Origin: Dictyostelium discoideum
Lineage: Eukaryota
DNA length: 64,000 nt
Assembly: GCA_000004695.1 (NCBI GenBank)
Contig: CM000150.2
Span: 1,824,001 to 1,888,000, forward strand
Reading direction: 5' to 3'
The position numbers and the translations under genes are program-made. Positions within the stretch are counted from its first letter, which is position 1. Each line of letters opens with the position of its first letter. Of the stretch, positions 22,612-34,321 are shown piece by piece. The notes beneath the pieces were generated by a model. That model was given only the letters and a program-made list of their open reading frames with translations. It did not search any database and had not been told where the DNA came from.

Positions 22612-25036
22612 ACCAATTGACCTTTATAAACAGAATTTTCAGAAATAATAGTGAATTTCTTTTTATAATTGATTCGACTTAATTCACGTGGGAAAAATGG
22701 ATGATCATCAGATACAACATAACATCCTCTAAAACTAAAGTTTAAACTATCCACAATAAATCCATTATTTGCTATTATAAAATCTCTTAAAACAGCTGTG
22801 AAGGAATAATAAAGATGGTTAGTATGGTGGTAATAAAATAAAATAGTTTTCTAAAAGAAATTTTAAAACTTACATTTTCCTTTAATAGGGTCAGATAAAA
22901 CAAATGCTTTTCCATGTATTGATGGGATAGATAGCGCTCGTGAATTATCAACCATCAATGGTGGAATTGATTGAATGTTAGATTGAGTCAATGGCTCTGA
23001 AATTGATTCACAATCAGATTCAATCATTGGCCCTGAAATTGATTCACAATCGGATTCAATCATTGATTCAGAGTCATTCAATAAATCTGAAGGTGATTGA
23101 ATCAATAGTTTTGGAATTGATTGAATCAAAAAGGTTTTTGTTGGAGTTGGAGTTTTAGAACCAACAGGAGTTGATTGAACCAATAATTTTGGAGTTGATT
23201 GAGCCAAAACTTTTAATGATAGTTTTGTTAAAGGTGTTTTTGGTACTGATTGTCTTCGTCGAACTGATTGAACCAATGGTATTGGATCTACTTTTAAAGT
23301 TGGTGATTTTGGTAAAGTTTTTGGTGTTGTTGTTGTTGTTTTTGTTGTTGTTGTTGATTGTCTAGGTGATTGAACCAATTGATTTTTTGGTGGCGGTGAT
23401 GATGGTGTTGTCGTTGTTGTTGTTGTTTTTGTTGTTGTTGATTTTCGGGGTGATAGGAACATTGACTTTTGAGTTGGTTGGGCCAATGGTTTTGATTGAG
23501 TTTTGTAATTTGTTTGTTTAACTGGTGGTGATGTATCGATATCTGGTTTTGAATGTGTTGGTGTTGGTGGTGGTGGTTTATATGGTGATGATAATGTAGT
23601 TGTGGTGGTGGTTGTTGTTGTTGTTGTTAACGATTTTTTGGTTGTTTTAGTTGTTTTTGTAATTGTTTTTGTTTGCATTTTTGGTGATATAGGAGTTGGC
23701 AGTGATAGAGGCGTTTTAGTGACACGAGGTGATTGATTTTCAATTGGTGAATCTGTCATATATGATCTTCTCGTTCTCATTGGTGTTGGTTTAGAAATTA
23801 CAGATGGTGATGATTTTACAGGGGTAATATTAATTTTCTTTGGTGATTTTAAAATACTCTTTCTAGCTTCTTTTTCTTCTCTTTCTTTTTCTATTTCTAT
23901 TTCTCTCTGTCTTTGTTTTTCTCTTTCTATTTCTCTTTCTTTTTCTTTTTCTTTTTCTCTTTCTCTTTCTCTTTCTCTTTCTAATTCTCTTTGTCTTTCT
24001 CTTTCTTTTTCTATTTCTCTCTGTATTTCTCTCTGTATTTCTCTTTCTCTTTCTATTTCCCTTTCTCTTTGTATTTCTTTTTCTCTTTGTATTTCTTTTT
24101 CTCTTTGTATTTCTCTTTGTACTTCTCTTTGTATTTCTTTTTGTATTTCTCTTTCAATTTGTTTTTCTCTTTCAATTTGTTTTTCTCTTTCAATTTGTTC
24201 CTCCCTTTCTCTTTCAATTTCTGCTTCTATTTCCTTTTCTCTTTTTCTTTTTCTTTCTCTTTCTATCAGTATTTCTTTCTCTTTTTCTTTTTCTATCTTT
24301 TTCTTTGTCTCTGCATCATTATCAATATCATCATCAATATCATCATCTATCTCTAATTCGTCATCCTCGAGGATAGGTTCAGAGAGAATCTTCCCGCTTT
24401 TATCTGTAAATTTTCTATCTTTAAAAATATATGTTTGACTGTACAAATTAATATGATCCATATGAACCAATTTAGTTTCTTTTTTTAAGAGTGCTCCATT
24501 TAAATAAACTAAAGCTTCTCCCGAATTATTTATCGTTAAATTTTTTGATTCATAATTAATCACTGCCATAGTTTTTCTATTTAAATGTCGAAATTGAATA
24601 TTATTATCCTTTTTACTAAAAAATTTTAAAAAAGAGTATAGGGATTAGTAAACTATTGTATTTAAAATAAAAAAAATGAACAAAATAAATAAACAAAAAA
24701 TCTTATGATTTACTTACCCCCCAATCGTGAAATTTTTAGTTTGAATTTTATAATCAATACGATTAAGTGGATCATAAATAAATCCAAAATTATTTCTAAA
24801 AATTATGTGATAATAAATTTAAAGTTAGTATATATATTTTAGAGGAGAAAAAAAAAAAAAAAAAAAAAGAACTTACACTATATTTTTCTTTGGTTGGTGA
24901 GCATTATCATTTTCATGAAATGATGATTGTCTTTCTGTTTCACTTTCAAATAGTTTTCTTTTACGTCCACAACTATTGCCATTATTATTATTATTATTAT
25001 TATTTACATCACTTGTTTTTATACCATCATCATCAC

Positions 25037-25101
<65 letters not shown>

Positions 25102-25237
25102 GTTGTATTATTATTTACAGATTCGAGTTCAGTTTGTGTGCTTGTGTCTTGATAAAAGTTTGGTTTTGATATATTATTGTTGTTATTATTATTATTATTA
25201 TTATTATTGTTGCTGTTGTTGTTGTTATTAATATTAC

Positions 25238-25268
<31 letters not shown>

Positions 25269-25681
25269 ATTATTGTTATTGTTATTGTTATTGTAAGAAT
25301 TAGTAGTATGTACAGGAGATTTAAAGGCATAAAGCTTTGAAGGTGATGATAAAGGAGTAGTGAATAAACTATTTGAACTATAATGACCACTTGAAGGCGT
25401 CGATGGGGTTGATATAGCTTTACCAATTATAAAATGTATATGTGAATCAGTTTGTGAAATAGAAATATTATTATTTGTATCTAAATGAGTAATATTAATA
25501 TCTCTATATTTTATACTCCTATTTGATTCTTGGCTACTAATAATATCTTGACTACTATATTTTGTTTGACTATTAATGTAATTATTATGATTATTATGAT
25601 TATTACTACTATTATTATGATTATTACTACTATTATTATTGATATGAATACTATTATTATTATTACTATTACTATTATTTA

Positions 25682-25765
<84 letters not shown>

Positions 25766-26294
25766 TACTATTAGAATTTAATTGACTATTATTTATATCC
25801 TGACTATTAGTTATTTCCTGACTATTACTTATATCTTGACTATTACTTATATCTTGACTATTGGATATCTCTTGGCTACTATATATTTCTTGACTATCAC
25901 TTAAATCTTGGCTACTTAAGCCAAGTGATTTTATAAATTCTTTATAGTAGATACTATTTGTATAAATATTTTGACTTGGAATACTGCCCACAGAGTTTTG
26001 AGATGAGTTGATATTATTATTATTATTATTATTGGTGTTGGTGTTATTATTATTATTATTATTATTAATATTATTGATATTATTATTACTGTTATTAATA
26101 TTATTACTTATATTATTGATATTTTTATTTTTAATATGGTTATTGCTATTATTATTATTATCGTTAAGTGCACCACCATTGGGAACTATAGAATCAGGTG
26201 AATCATATGACGAAAGAGACACGGGTGATATATTTGGTGATGGTGAGGTGTAATTTGGCGAGATTAACGGTGAAATATACGAAGAAGGCATCAT
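22133..26294 (-). CDS. FHA-domain plus tandem-BRCT-domain protein, ~1260 aa, with an MDC1-like domain layout. It has 5 exons: join(24877..26294, 24708..24785, 22874..24615, 22614..22795, 22133..22510). Low-complexity regions include an N-terminal poly-Asn, an (RE/KE)n charged coiled region and a Pro/Thr/Ser/Lys-rich region.
   Basis: The FHA domain spans exons 2-3: FGFIYDPLNRIDYKIQTKNFTIGG|KKDNNIQFRHLNRKTMAVINYESKNLTINNSGEALVYLNGALL...LYSQTYIF. BRCT1 is ...IHGKAFVLSDPIKGK|SVLRDFIIANNGFIVDSLNFSFRGCYVVSDD.... BRCT2 is ...GGSFKNYKEMRGREGAHYCLCLIRPQHELSDRIQKLVTLEWFFDCIKDNKLMDPDTIPEY, with the W..DCI motif. All four junctions use GTAAGT or GTATGT donors and (T)nAG or CACAG acceptors and keep the frame. 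A TACTAAC-like element precedes the acceptor at 24787. Confidence 0.7.
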
Positions 26295-26565
26295 TATGTG
26301 TTTTAAAACATATAAATATATGGGTGTATATAAATAAATATATATTTATATGTAAACAGATTTTATTTTTTTATTTTTATTTTTAATTTTTGTGTGTGGT
26401 TTTTTTTATTTTTTTTTTAATTTTTTATTTTTTTTCTTTTTAATTATTTACAATGAAAAAAAAAAAAATGTAATGTGCTTATTTTTAAAAATCACAATAA
26501 TCTTGAAAATAATAAAACAATTTTTTTTTATTGTACACACACAATGTAAATAAATTGATGCAAAA

Positions 26566-26603
<38 letters not shown>

Positions 26604-26622
26604 CCAAATTTTCGTTTTTTGT

Positions 26623-26655
<33 letters not shown>

Positions 26656-26759
26656 AAATAAAATAAAAATAAAAATAAAAAAAAATAAAAAAAAAAAAAA
26701 TTAAATATTTAACGCATTTCATTTTTTTTGAACAAACATTGCTCATATGAATATTCATT

Positions 26760-26806
26760 TCCTATACTAAATTCTTTTAACCGGTTAAGAGGAATTTAGT
26801 ATAGGA
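26760..26806. repeat. 15-bp perfect inverted repeat (TCCTATACTAAATTC / GAATTTAGTATAGGA). The 17-nt spacer is centred on the palindrome AACCGGTT.
   Basis: Read directly. It lies in the intergenic region between the 5' end of the FHA/BRCT gene (26294) and the 3' end of the gene at 27313. Confidence 0.75.
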
Positions 26807-27312
26807 ATTATTTTAAAAAAATTTAAAATTTAATATCTTATATTCATAAGGCGCTGAAGTAGAATGGGTTTCTTAAGATAAGTTTATTTATTTATAATTT
26901 TTATTTTTTATTTATAATTTAAATTTTTTTTTTATAAAAAAAAAAAAAAAAAAAAAAACAAAAATAACAAAAAAAAAAAAAAAAAATTATAAATTCATTT
27001 TAAATAAATTAATCTTAAAAATAAAAATATAAATCTAAAAAAAAAAAAAGTAGAATCAAAACAAAACAAAAAAAAAAAAAAAAAATCTCAGAAATCCTTT
27101 TTCGATATCATTTTTTCATTTTCTCAAAATTTCTATTTTTAATTTTTCCAAAAAACTGAAAAATAAAAAAAAAAATAAAAATTATTTAAAAAATTTAAAT
27201 GATGAAATCAATGAACGCTCTTTTTTTTATTTTTTTTTAATATTTACAATACTATAAATTTTATTTATTTTATTTTATTTTTTTTTTTATTTTTTTTATT
27301 TTTTTTTTTATT

Positions 27313-28544
27313 TTATAGATCACTTTCCTCTTCATAGTGTATTTCAGTATTATGATCATAATCTTCACTGTTACTTTCAAAAGATTCATCAATACCTTTA
27401 ATAAAACACTTTGGAGAATGATTGCACACTCCATTAATTTTAGGAGAATGACAATTATCTCTTTTTGTTAATCTATCTTCACAATATAGATGATTTGGAT
27501 TTAAACATTTTCTATTGTTGCAAAGGAAAGAAATAACATATCCATGACCATGACCATCGGAGTCAATACAACTTGGATCATTTTCACAGGAATTTGCAGC
27601 CTTTGGATAAAGAAAGAGTTTTTTATCTTGATTGGTGTTGTTGTACCAAACGAGGTTGTGACCTTTAACATATTCAAGGAAAACATTACCACAAACTCTA
27701 ACTTCAACATTAACACCATCATTCTTGAAAATTTTCTTTTGATTTAAATTCATTTCATCTCTATTCATTAACCAACAATCTTTCTTAGATTTCTTTTCAA
27801 CAACTTCCATCAACATTTTATAAGTAGTTTTAATTTGATTATCATCTAAATCGAATATATCATTCTTTCTTATCTTTGATATTGGCGAGGTGGCGGCAGT
27901 GGTTGTGGTTGTGGTGGTGGCCGTGTTTCCAAAACGTACTTTTTAAGTGGTGATTGATTTGATATTGAAGATGGTAATAATGACGATGATGATGATGCAG
28001 GTGCAGATGGACAGTAAACTCTTTTTCTTAAAGTTGGTAATGGTGAATTTAAGGATGAAGGTGATTGAATATCAGTATTGGAATTACTACTACTATCATC
28101 AGTATTATCTTGGTCAGTGAAAAATTGTGAATTTTCTGAATCTTCTTCACCATCATCTTCATCACTATCAATATTATTTTCAGAAGATTCATCAACATTT
28201 ATTTTATTTAAAGATTTAAATTGTTTTTCTTGATTTTTGGAATTATATTTATCAATTTGTTGATTATTTTGTTGTTTAGATTTACTTGATTTTGACGATG
28301 TAAATTTTAAAGATGATTGGTTTGATGATTGTATTTGTTGTAATTGCTTTTTTGCTTGATTATTAATATTTTTATTATTGATATTATTATTAAAACTGTG
28401 ATGGGTATCATTTTTATCGGAATTAAATGTTACTTCACCAATATTAAAATCAATTTGATTTAAAAAATTAAGTGCTTCCCCAATGCATTGAATTGGAAAA
28501 GCCAATTTTTCTATTTTTTTTCTTTTTTGGTATGTTTCGTCCAT
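27313..28544 (-). CDS. Gene of unknown function with an apparent frameshift. The N-terminal ORF (28544..27870) is acidic and Ser/Asn-rich. The C-terminal ORF (to 27313) carries a Cys/His-rich domain (HGHGYVISFLCNNRKCLNPNHLYCEDRLTKRDNCHSPKINGVCNH). It is likely one gene disrupted by a +/-1 indel in a GC-rich CCACCACCACAACCACAACCACTGCCGCC segment, or a sequence error there.
   Basis: The two minus-strand ORFs overlap by ~80 nt in different frames (27816-27946). The overlap is GC-rich and has no plausible intron (Dictyostelium introns are ~90% AT). There is no room for an intergenic promoter between them. Confidence 0.45.
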
Positions 28545-28896
28545 TTTTTATTTTATTTAATATTTATTATTTATTATTTGTTATTTGTTGTGGTTGAAGA
28601 AATAGAGTTAATAATAAAAAAAAAAAAAATTATAAAATGGTTGGGAACAAAAAAAAAAAAAAATTAAAAATTAAAAAAAAAAAAATGGAATGACAAGTGT
28701 TAATAATTTTAATTGGAATTCCACTAATTTTTTTTTCAAAATTAAATTAAAATTAAAAAAAAATAAAAAAATGTATTTTTTGGTTATAATCTGTTTAAAG
28801 TTTATTATTATTATTTTTTTTTTTTCTATTATTATTTTTTATTATTTTTTATTTTCTTTCTTTAAAATATATATTTATTTTTAACATGATCATTGT

Positions 28897-28897
<1 letters not shown>

Positions 28898-28952
<55 letters not shown>

Positions 28953-28990
28953 TATATTTATTTATTTATTTTATTTATTTATTTAATTTA
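28898..28990. repeat. (TTTA)n / (ATTT)n microsatellite, about 18 units, slightly interrupted.
   Basis: Read directly, immediately 3' of the transhydrogenase stop. Confidence 0.9.
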
Positions 28991-29005
28991 ATTTAATTTT
29001 TTATT

Positions 29006-32000
29006 TTAATGAGATGAATTATAATGTTTATCAATTTTATTTGCCAATTCTTTACAAGTGTTTGTAGCATCACCTAATAACATTGAAGTATTTGGTTTAT
29101 AAAATACTGGATTTTGAATATCGGCATAACCAGCATTTGTTAATGAACGTTTCATAACGATACAATGTTTTGCTTTCCAAACTTCAATAACTGGCATACC
29201 AGCGATAATTGAATTTGGATCTTCAACTGATGCACTATTGACGGTATCATTTGCACCAATTACGATTGCTAAATCTATATCTTTCATTTCTGGATTAATT
29301 TCTTCCATTTCGAAAACAATGTCATATGGAACCTTTGCTTCACTTAAGCAAATATTCAAGTGACCTGGTAATCTACCTGCTACTGGATGAATACCAAATT
29401 TAACATTGTGACCTTTTTCAATTAAAGTTTTAACCATCTCTGCAACTGGATATTGACTTTTACTAACAACCATACCATAACCTGGTACAATGAGAATATT
29501 TTTAGAGTTGGTAATCATTTCACTTGCTTGATCAACATTGATTTCAGTGTGAGTACCTGTGATTTTCATTGCTTCACCTTTTCCCATACTTGATGTACCA
29601 ACACCACCTAAAATAACACTCATAAGATTTCTATTCATAGCTTTACACATGATATATGATAAGATTGCACCACTTGAACCAACAATTGCACCAACAATAT
29701 TCAATAGGGATGAATCTAACATGAAACCTTCAGCAACCAATGCCCAACCTGAATAACTATTTAATACAGTTACAACAACTGGCATATCTGGACCATTAAT
29801 TGCAGCGGTTAATAAATGACCTTGAATGAATGAAAGAATAGTGGTAGCACCTAAACATGCTAAACCTAATGTTGGATTGGTTGTTGATAAGAAAGTTGCA
29901 AAAGTAGCAACATTTGCTAATGCTAAACCAGTGTTCACTAAATGACGATTTGGAACATGATATGGTTTTGATGGTACCTTCCATTTACCAATATGACCTT
30001 GTAATTTTGCATAGGCAACAACTGAACCTGTGAATGTAATACCACCAATTAAAGCACCCAAATAAACTGAACTCTTATGAATTGTATCTAAAGCTGCAAA
30101 ATTACTATAATCAGCCAATAAAGAGGCACCTGATGCCAATACAGCTGCCATACCTACAAAACTGTGGAATGCTGCAGTGAGTTGTGGAAGTTCAGTAAAG
30201 TTTACTCTCTTTGAAAACAAATAACCAATACCACCACCAACTAAACCAACACCAGCCATTTGAGCGAGTAGAGCACTTGATACACCTAAAGAAGCAACAG
30301 TTGCACCCAAACCAATTGCAATACCACCCATACCTAAAATATTACCAAGTCTTGATGATTTTGCACTTGATAAACCACTAATTGAGAGAATACACATAAT
30401 TGAAGATGCTAAGTATGCCAATTGAGTTAGAGCTGGACCACCACTACCAACCGTTGATAAATAAGCAGCCAAGAAACCTAATGATGGTATACCGTATAGA
30501 TATTCATAGGTTGGTTTATCAGTTGGTAATTTAAACATATCCAACATTCTCTTGGTGATTGTAAAACCACCAGCAATATTAATTGATGCCATAAATACTG
30601 CAGCACTTGCTAATAGTTGACCACCAGTCGAAGGTATATAACCACCACCCATTAAATGTAAACCTGCAACTGCTACTATACCACTAATTGCATTTGTAAT
30701 TGACATTAATGGACTATGTAATGCTGGTGTAACACCCCAAACTACTTTATAACCAATTAATGCAGCCAATGAGAATGTTGTTAAATTAACCATAAAATCT
30801 GCTGGTAATCCCATTGACATTGCAACTGCACCACACATTGCTGCTGTTGCACCCAATGCTGATTTCAATGTTTTATTAAATAATGAAGTTTCTTCTTTAA
30901 CAAGATTACTCTCAACCTTTTCTTTATTACTAACAGGTGTTGATGGTGATGGTGGAGTCACTGGAACTGGTTTCTTTGGGGCTGGCCAAATTAAAGTACC
31001 ATTATAAGTTACTGTTGAACCTCTATGAACTTCATCAGTGAAATCTAATTTGAAACCATCTTTATCATTACCTAAAGATAAGAGAAACTTGGTGATATTA
31101 TTACTATAGAGTGTACTTGATTGAGTTGCCATTTTTGATGGTAAATCAGTGAAACCAATAATTGAAACACCATTATAATTATAAGCTTCGCCTGGTTTTG
31201 TTAATTCACAATTACCACCAGTTTCAGCAGCTAAATCTACAATAACACTACCTGGTTTCATTTGATCAACCATTTGTTTGGTAATTAATTTTGGAGCAGG
31301 TACACCTGGAATTAAAGCGGTTGTAATTACGATATCCACTTCTTTACATTGACGTTCAAACAATGCCATTTCAGCCTCAATGTATTCCTTTGACATGTGT
31401 TTTGCATAGCCACCTGAACCTTCTCCACTCTCTTTGATTTTCACTTCTAAAAATTCACCACCCAATGATTCAACTTGTTCTTTGGTAACAGATCTAGTAT
31501 CGAATGCTCTAACGATAGCACCAATATTTTTAGCGGTACCAATAGCAGATAAACCAGCAACACCAGCACCAATAACCAATACTTTAGCAGGCTGAACTCT
31601 ACCAGCGGCTGTAATGGCTCCACCAAAGAATCTACCAAAATAGTTGGATGCCTCCATCACTGCTTTATAACCTGCAATATTTGCCATTGATGATAAACCA
31701 TCAAAAACCTGTGCTCTACTAATTCTTGGTATACAATCAACTGCAATGGCATTAGCTTTCTTTTGTGATAGTAACTTTAAAGTTTCTGCATTTTGTGCTG
31801 GTGATAAAAAGCTAATTACTGTAGCACCTTCTTTCATCATTTCAACTTCATGTTTACCCAAGTTTGTATTAAATTGTGGACCTCTAACCTTTAGTAATAT
31901 ATCGGTTTTCTTGAATAAATTAGCTGCAGTTGTAATTTTTGCACCGGCTTCAATATATTTAGCATCAGAGAATTTTGCACCTTTACCAGCTCCTTCTTCA

Positions 32001-32295
32001 ACTAACACTTTGTAACCTTTTTTCACCAAAACTCCAACATTTTCAGGTGTCATTGATACTCTCTTTTCATTTTGATAAACTTCAGTTGGGATACCAATAG
32101 TTAATTGTTCAAATGGAATACCTTTTGCATCTTTTGTTAATTCTAATGCCATATCAATTGATGTTATTCCTTGATTCGGTGTTGTTGGTAATACACTTCC
32201 AGTTTGATCTTTTAATGTACTATAAAATAATCTATTTGTTACATTTCTTTTAATTGAAACTTTTTTTTTATTTTAGTTTTAATAAATAATTAATA

Positions 32296-32334
<39 letters not shown>

Positions 32335-32574
32335 ACTAACTTTATTTGAAGGTTCAAAGTTGTTTTTATTTAAAACATTCTTATTTGATTCATTGAAATT
32401 ACAATTAAATCTTGTGGATGTTGAAATTGGGTGGATTAATTTATTGGAATTATTCAATGTTGAATATCTAATATTATTTAATAATGATGATGATGATGAT
32501 GATTTTGTTTTTAAAATTGTTCCGATTTGATTTGGTGAAACTTTTTTTGTAATTAAAGATAATAAATTATTCAT
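29006..32574 (-). CDS. Mitochondrial NAD(P) transhydrogenase (proton-translocating, fused alpha+beta, NNT). The CDS is join(32337..32574, 29006..32259). Exon 1 encodes an N-terminal mitochondrial presequence.
   Basis: A 1048-aa ORF has dI/alanine-dehydrogenase-like motifs ([48 protein letters not shown]), a multi-TM dII region and a dIII NADP(H) domain ([16 protein letters not shown]...GANDTVN). An upstream exon, [38 protein letters not shown]...NKV, is joined by a GTAAGT donor at 32331-32336 and a (A)9G acceptor at 32260-32261. The frame is kept (…[44 protein letters not shown]…). Confidence 0.85.
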
Positions 32575-34187
32575 CTTTAATTACTTTTTTTTTTTTTTTT
32601 TTTTTTTTGATTTTGATTTTAATTATGATAATATAAAATAAAACAAATAAAATAATATACAAATAAAATAATAACAATTAAAAATACAGAAAAAAAAAAA
32701 AGGTTAGAAATTAAAAATACAGATAAATCAAAAATAATAATAAAAAAAAAAAAAAAAAAAAATCAATAAAAAATTAAGAAAAAAAATATTAATTTATAAA
32801 ATTATTGTAAATTTAATTTAGAAAAAAAAAAAAAAAAATAAAAAAAAAAAAAAAGATTTTTTTAATAATTAAATTTATAAATTTATAAAAAAAAAAATTG
32901 TCATTTTACAAAAAAAGACTTATTGTGATGTTGATAAAAATATCTATTTTTTTTTTTTTTTGTTTTTTTAAATTATTAAATTTGCTTTCTTCATTTTTTT
33001 TTTTTTTTTAAAAATTTTGTTAACGATTTTGTTATTATTATTATTATAATAATAATTATTTTTATTGCTTTATTGTTTTGAGGTAAAAAAAAAATGATGA
33101 AAAAAAAAAATAAAAAAAAAAAAAGTTGATTTTCAAATTGAAATAAAAAACAAAAAATAAAAAAGAATAAAATACGAACCACTAAAATCGCCAGATGAAA
33201 TAGACTCAATCAACCTAAAAGAGAGAATGAACCAGAATAAATAGACCAACCCACACCAGAGAAAAAGATCCTACAATTAAGTGAAATTTATTAGAGGTAG
33301 AAAAAAGATTAGATAATTTTCATCAATTATTTAAAACTATTATTAATTTTGTTTTATTTAATATCAAAATGTTATATAAAAATAATAAATAAATAAATAA
33401 ATAAATAAATAAATATATAAGAATTAGTAAAAATTAATTATTTTTTTCTTTTTTATACTTTTTTTTTTTAATTAAAAAAAAAAAACCATTAAAATATAAA
33501 ATTACTTTAGGAAATATTAAAAAATAAAAAATATAAATTAAAATTAATATATAAAATAAAATAAAATAAAATAAAAAAATATTTTATAATCACTTTTGGA
33601 AGAATGACATTCTTTTTGTTTTCCAAATTTATGTATTTTTTTAACCCGCCAATTTTTTGTGCATATTTAAATTTTAAAAAAAAAAACCTCAATTAATTTT
33701 TTCGTTAATTTTAGAAGTTTAAACTCAATATGAACTATAAATTATGTATGAATTTTTTTTTTTTTTTTAATTGATATTATTATTTATTTTTTTTAATTTT
33801 TTTCTATATTAATTAGTGAATAATTATAAACAAAAATTAAAATTATTATTTTTTACCAACTAAAAAATTACAGAATTCTATATATTACAACCCAAAAACT
33901 TCATTTTTTAAAAAATAAATACCAATTATATTATTTTTAGAACATCCGGTTACCAACTTGCTGTACCAATCATGCTTTTCTTTAATAGGATTTACTGGTA
34001 AATCAAGTTTAATAGATCCATTTAAAAAATGTTGGAAGAACTTTTCAAATGATGGTTATGGTCATGGACCTTTATTACAATTTTTATCACTATCTTTTTA
34101 AATATCAAACTTGGACAAATAAAAAATAAAAAATAAATAAATATAAAGAGTTTTTTTTTTTTTATTATTTGTTTATTATTTGTTTAT

Positions 34188-34227
<40 letters not shown>

Positions 34228-34321
34228 AATACATGTACAGTGGAAAAAAGATAAAAAATCATACATCTTTTAATTAAAATGTATGTGGTAGTATATATTT
34301 AATGATTATTGGATTGAATTT

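Noticed and set aside
33890-34100. GC-richer patch (AACATCCGGTTACCAACTTGCTGTACCAATCATGC...) with short ORFs
   Set aside because: I could not assemble a consistent exon structure or find a start in any frame on either strand. I leave it as unexplained intergenic sequence, possibly a UTR or ncRNA.
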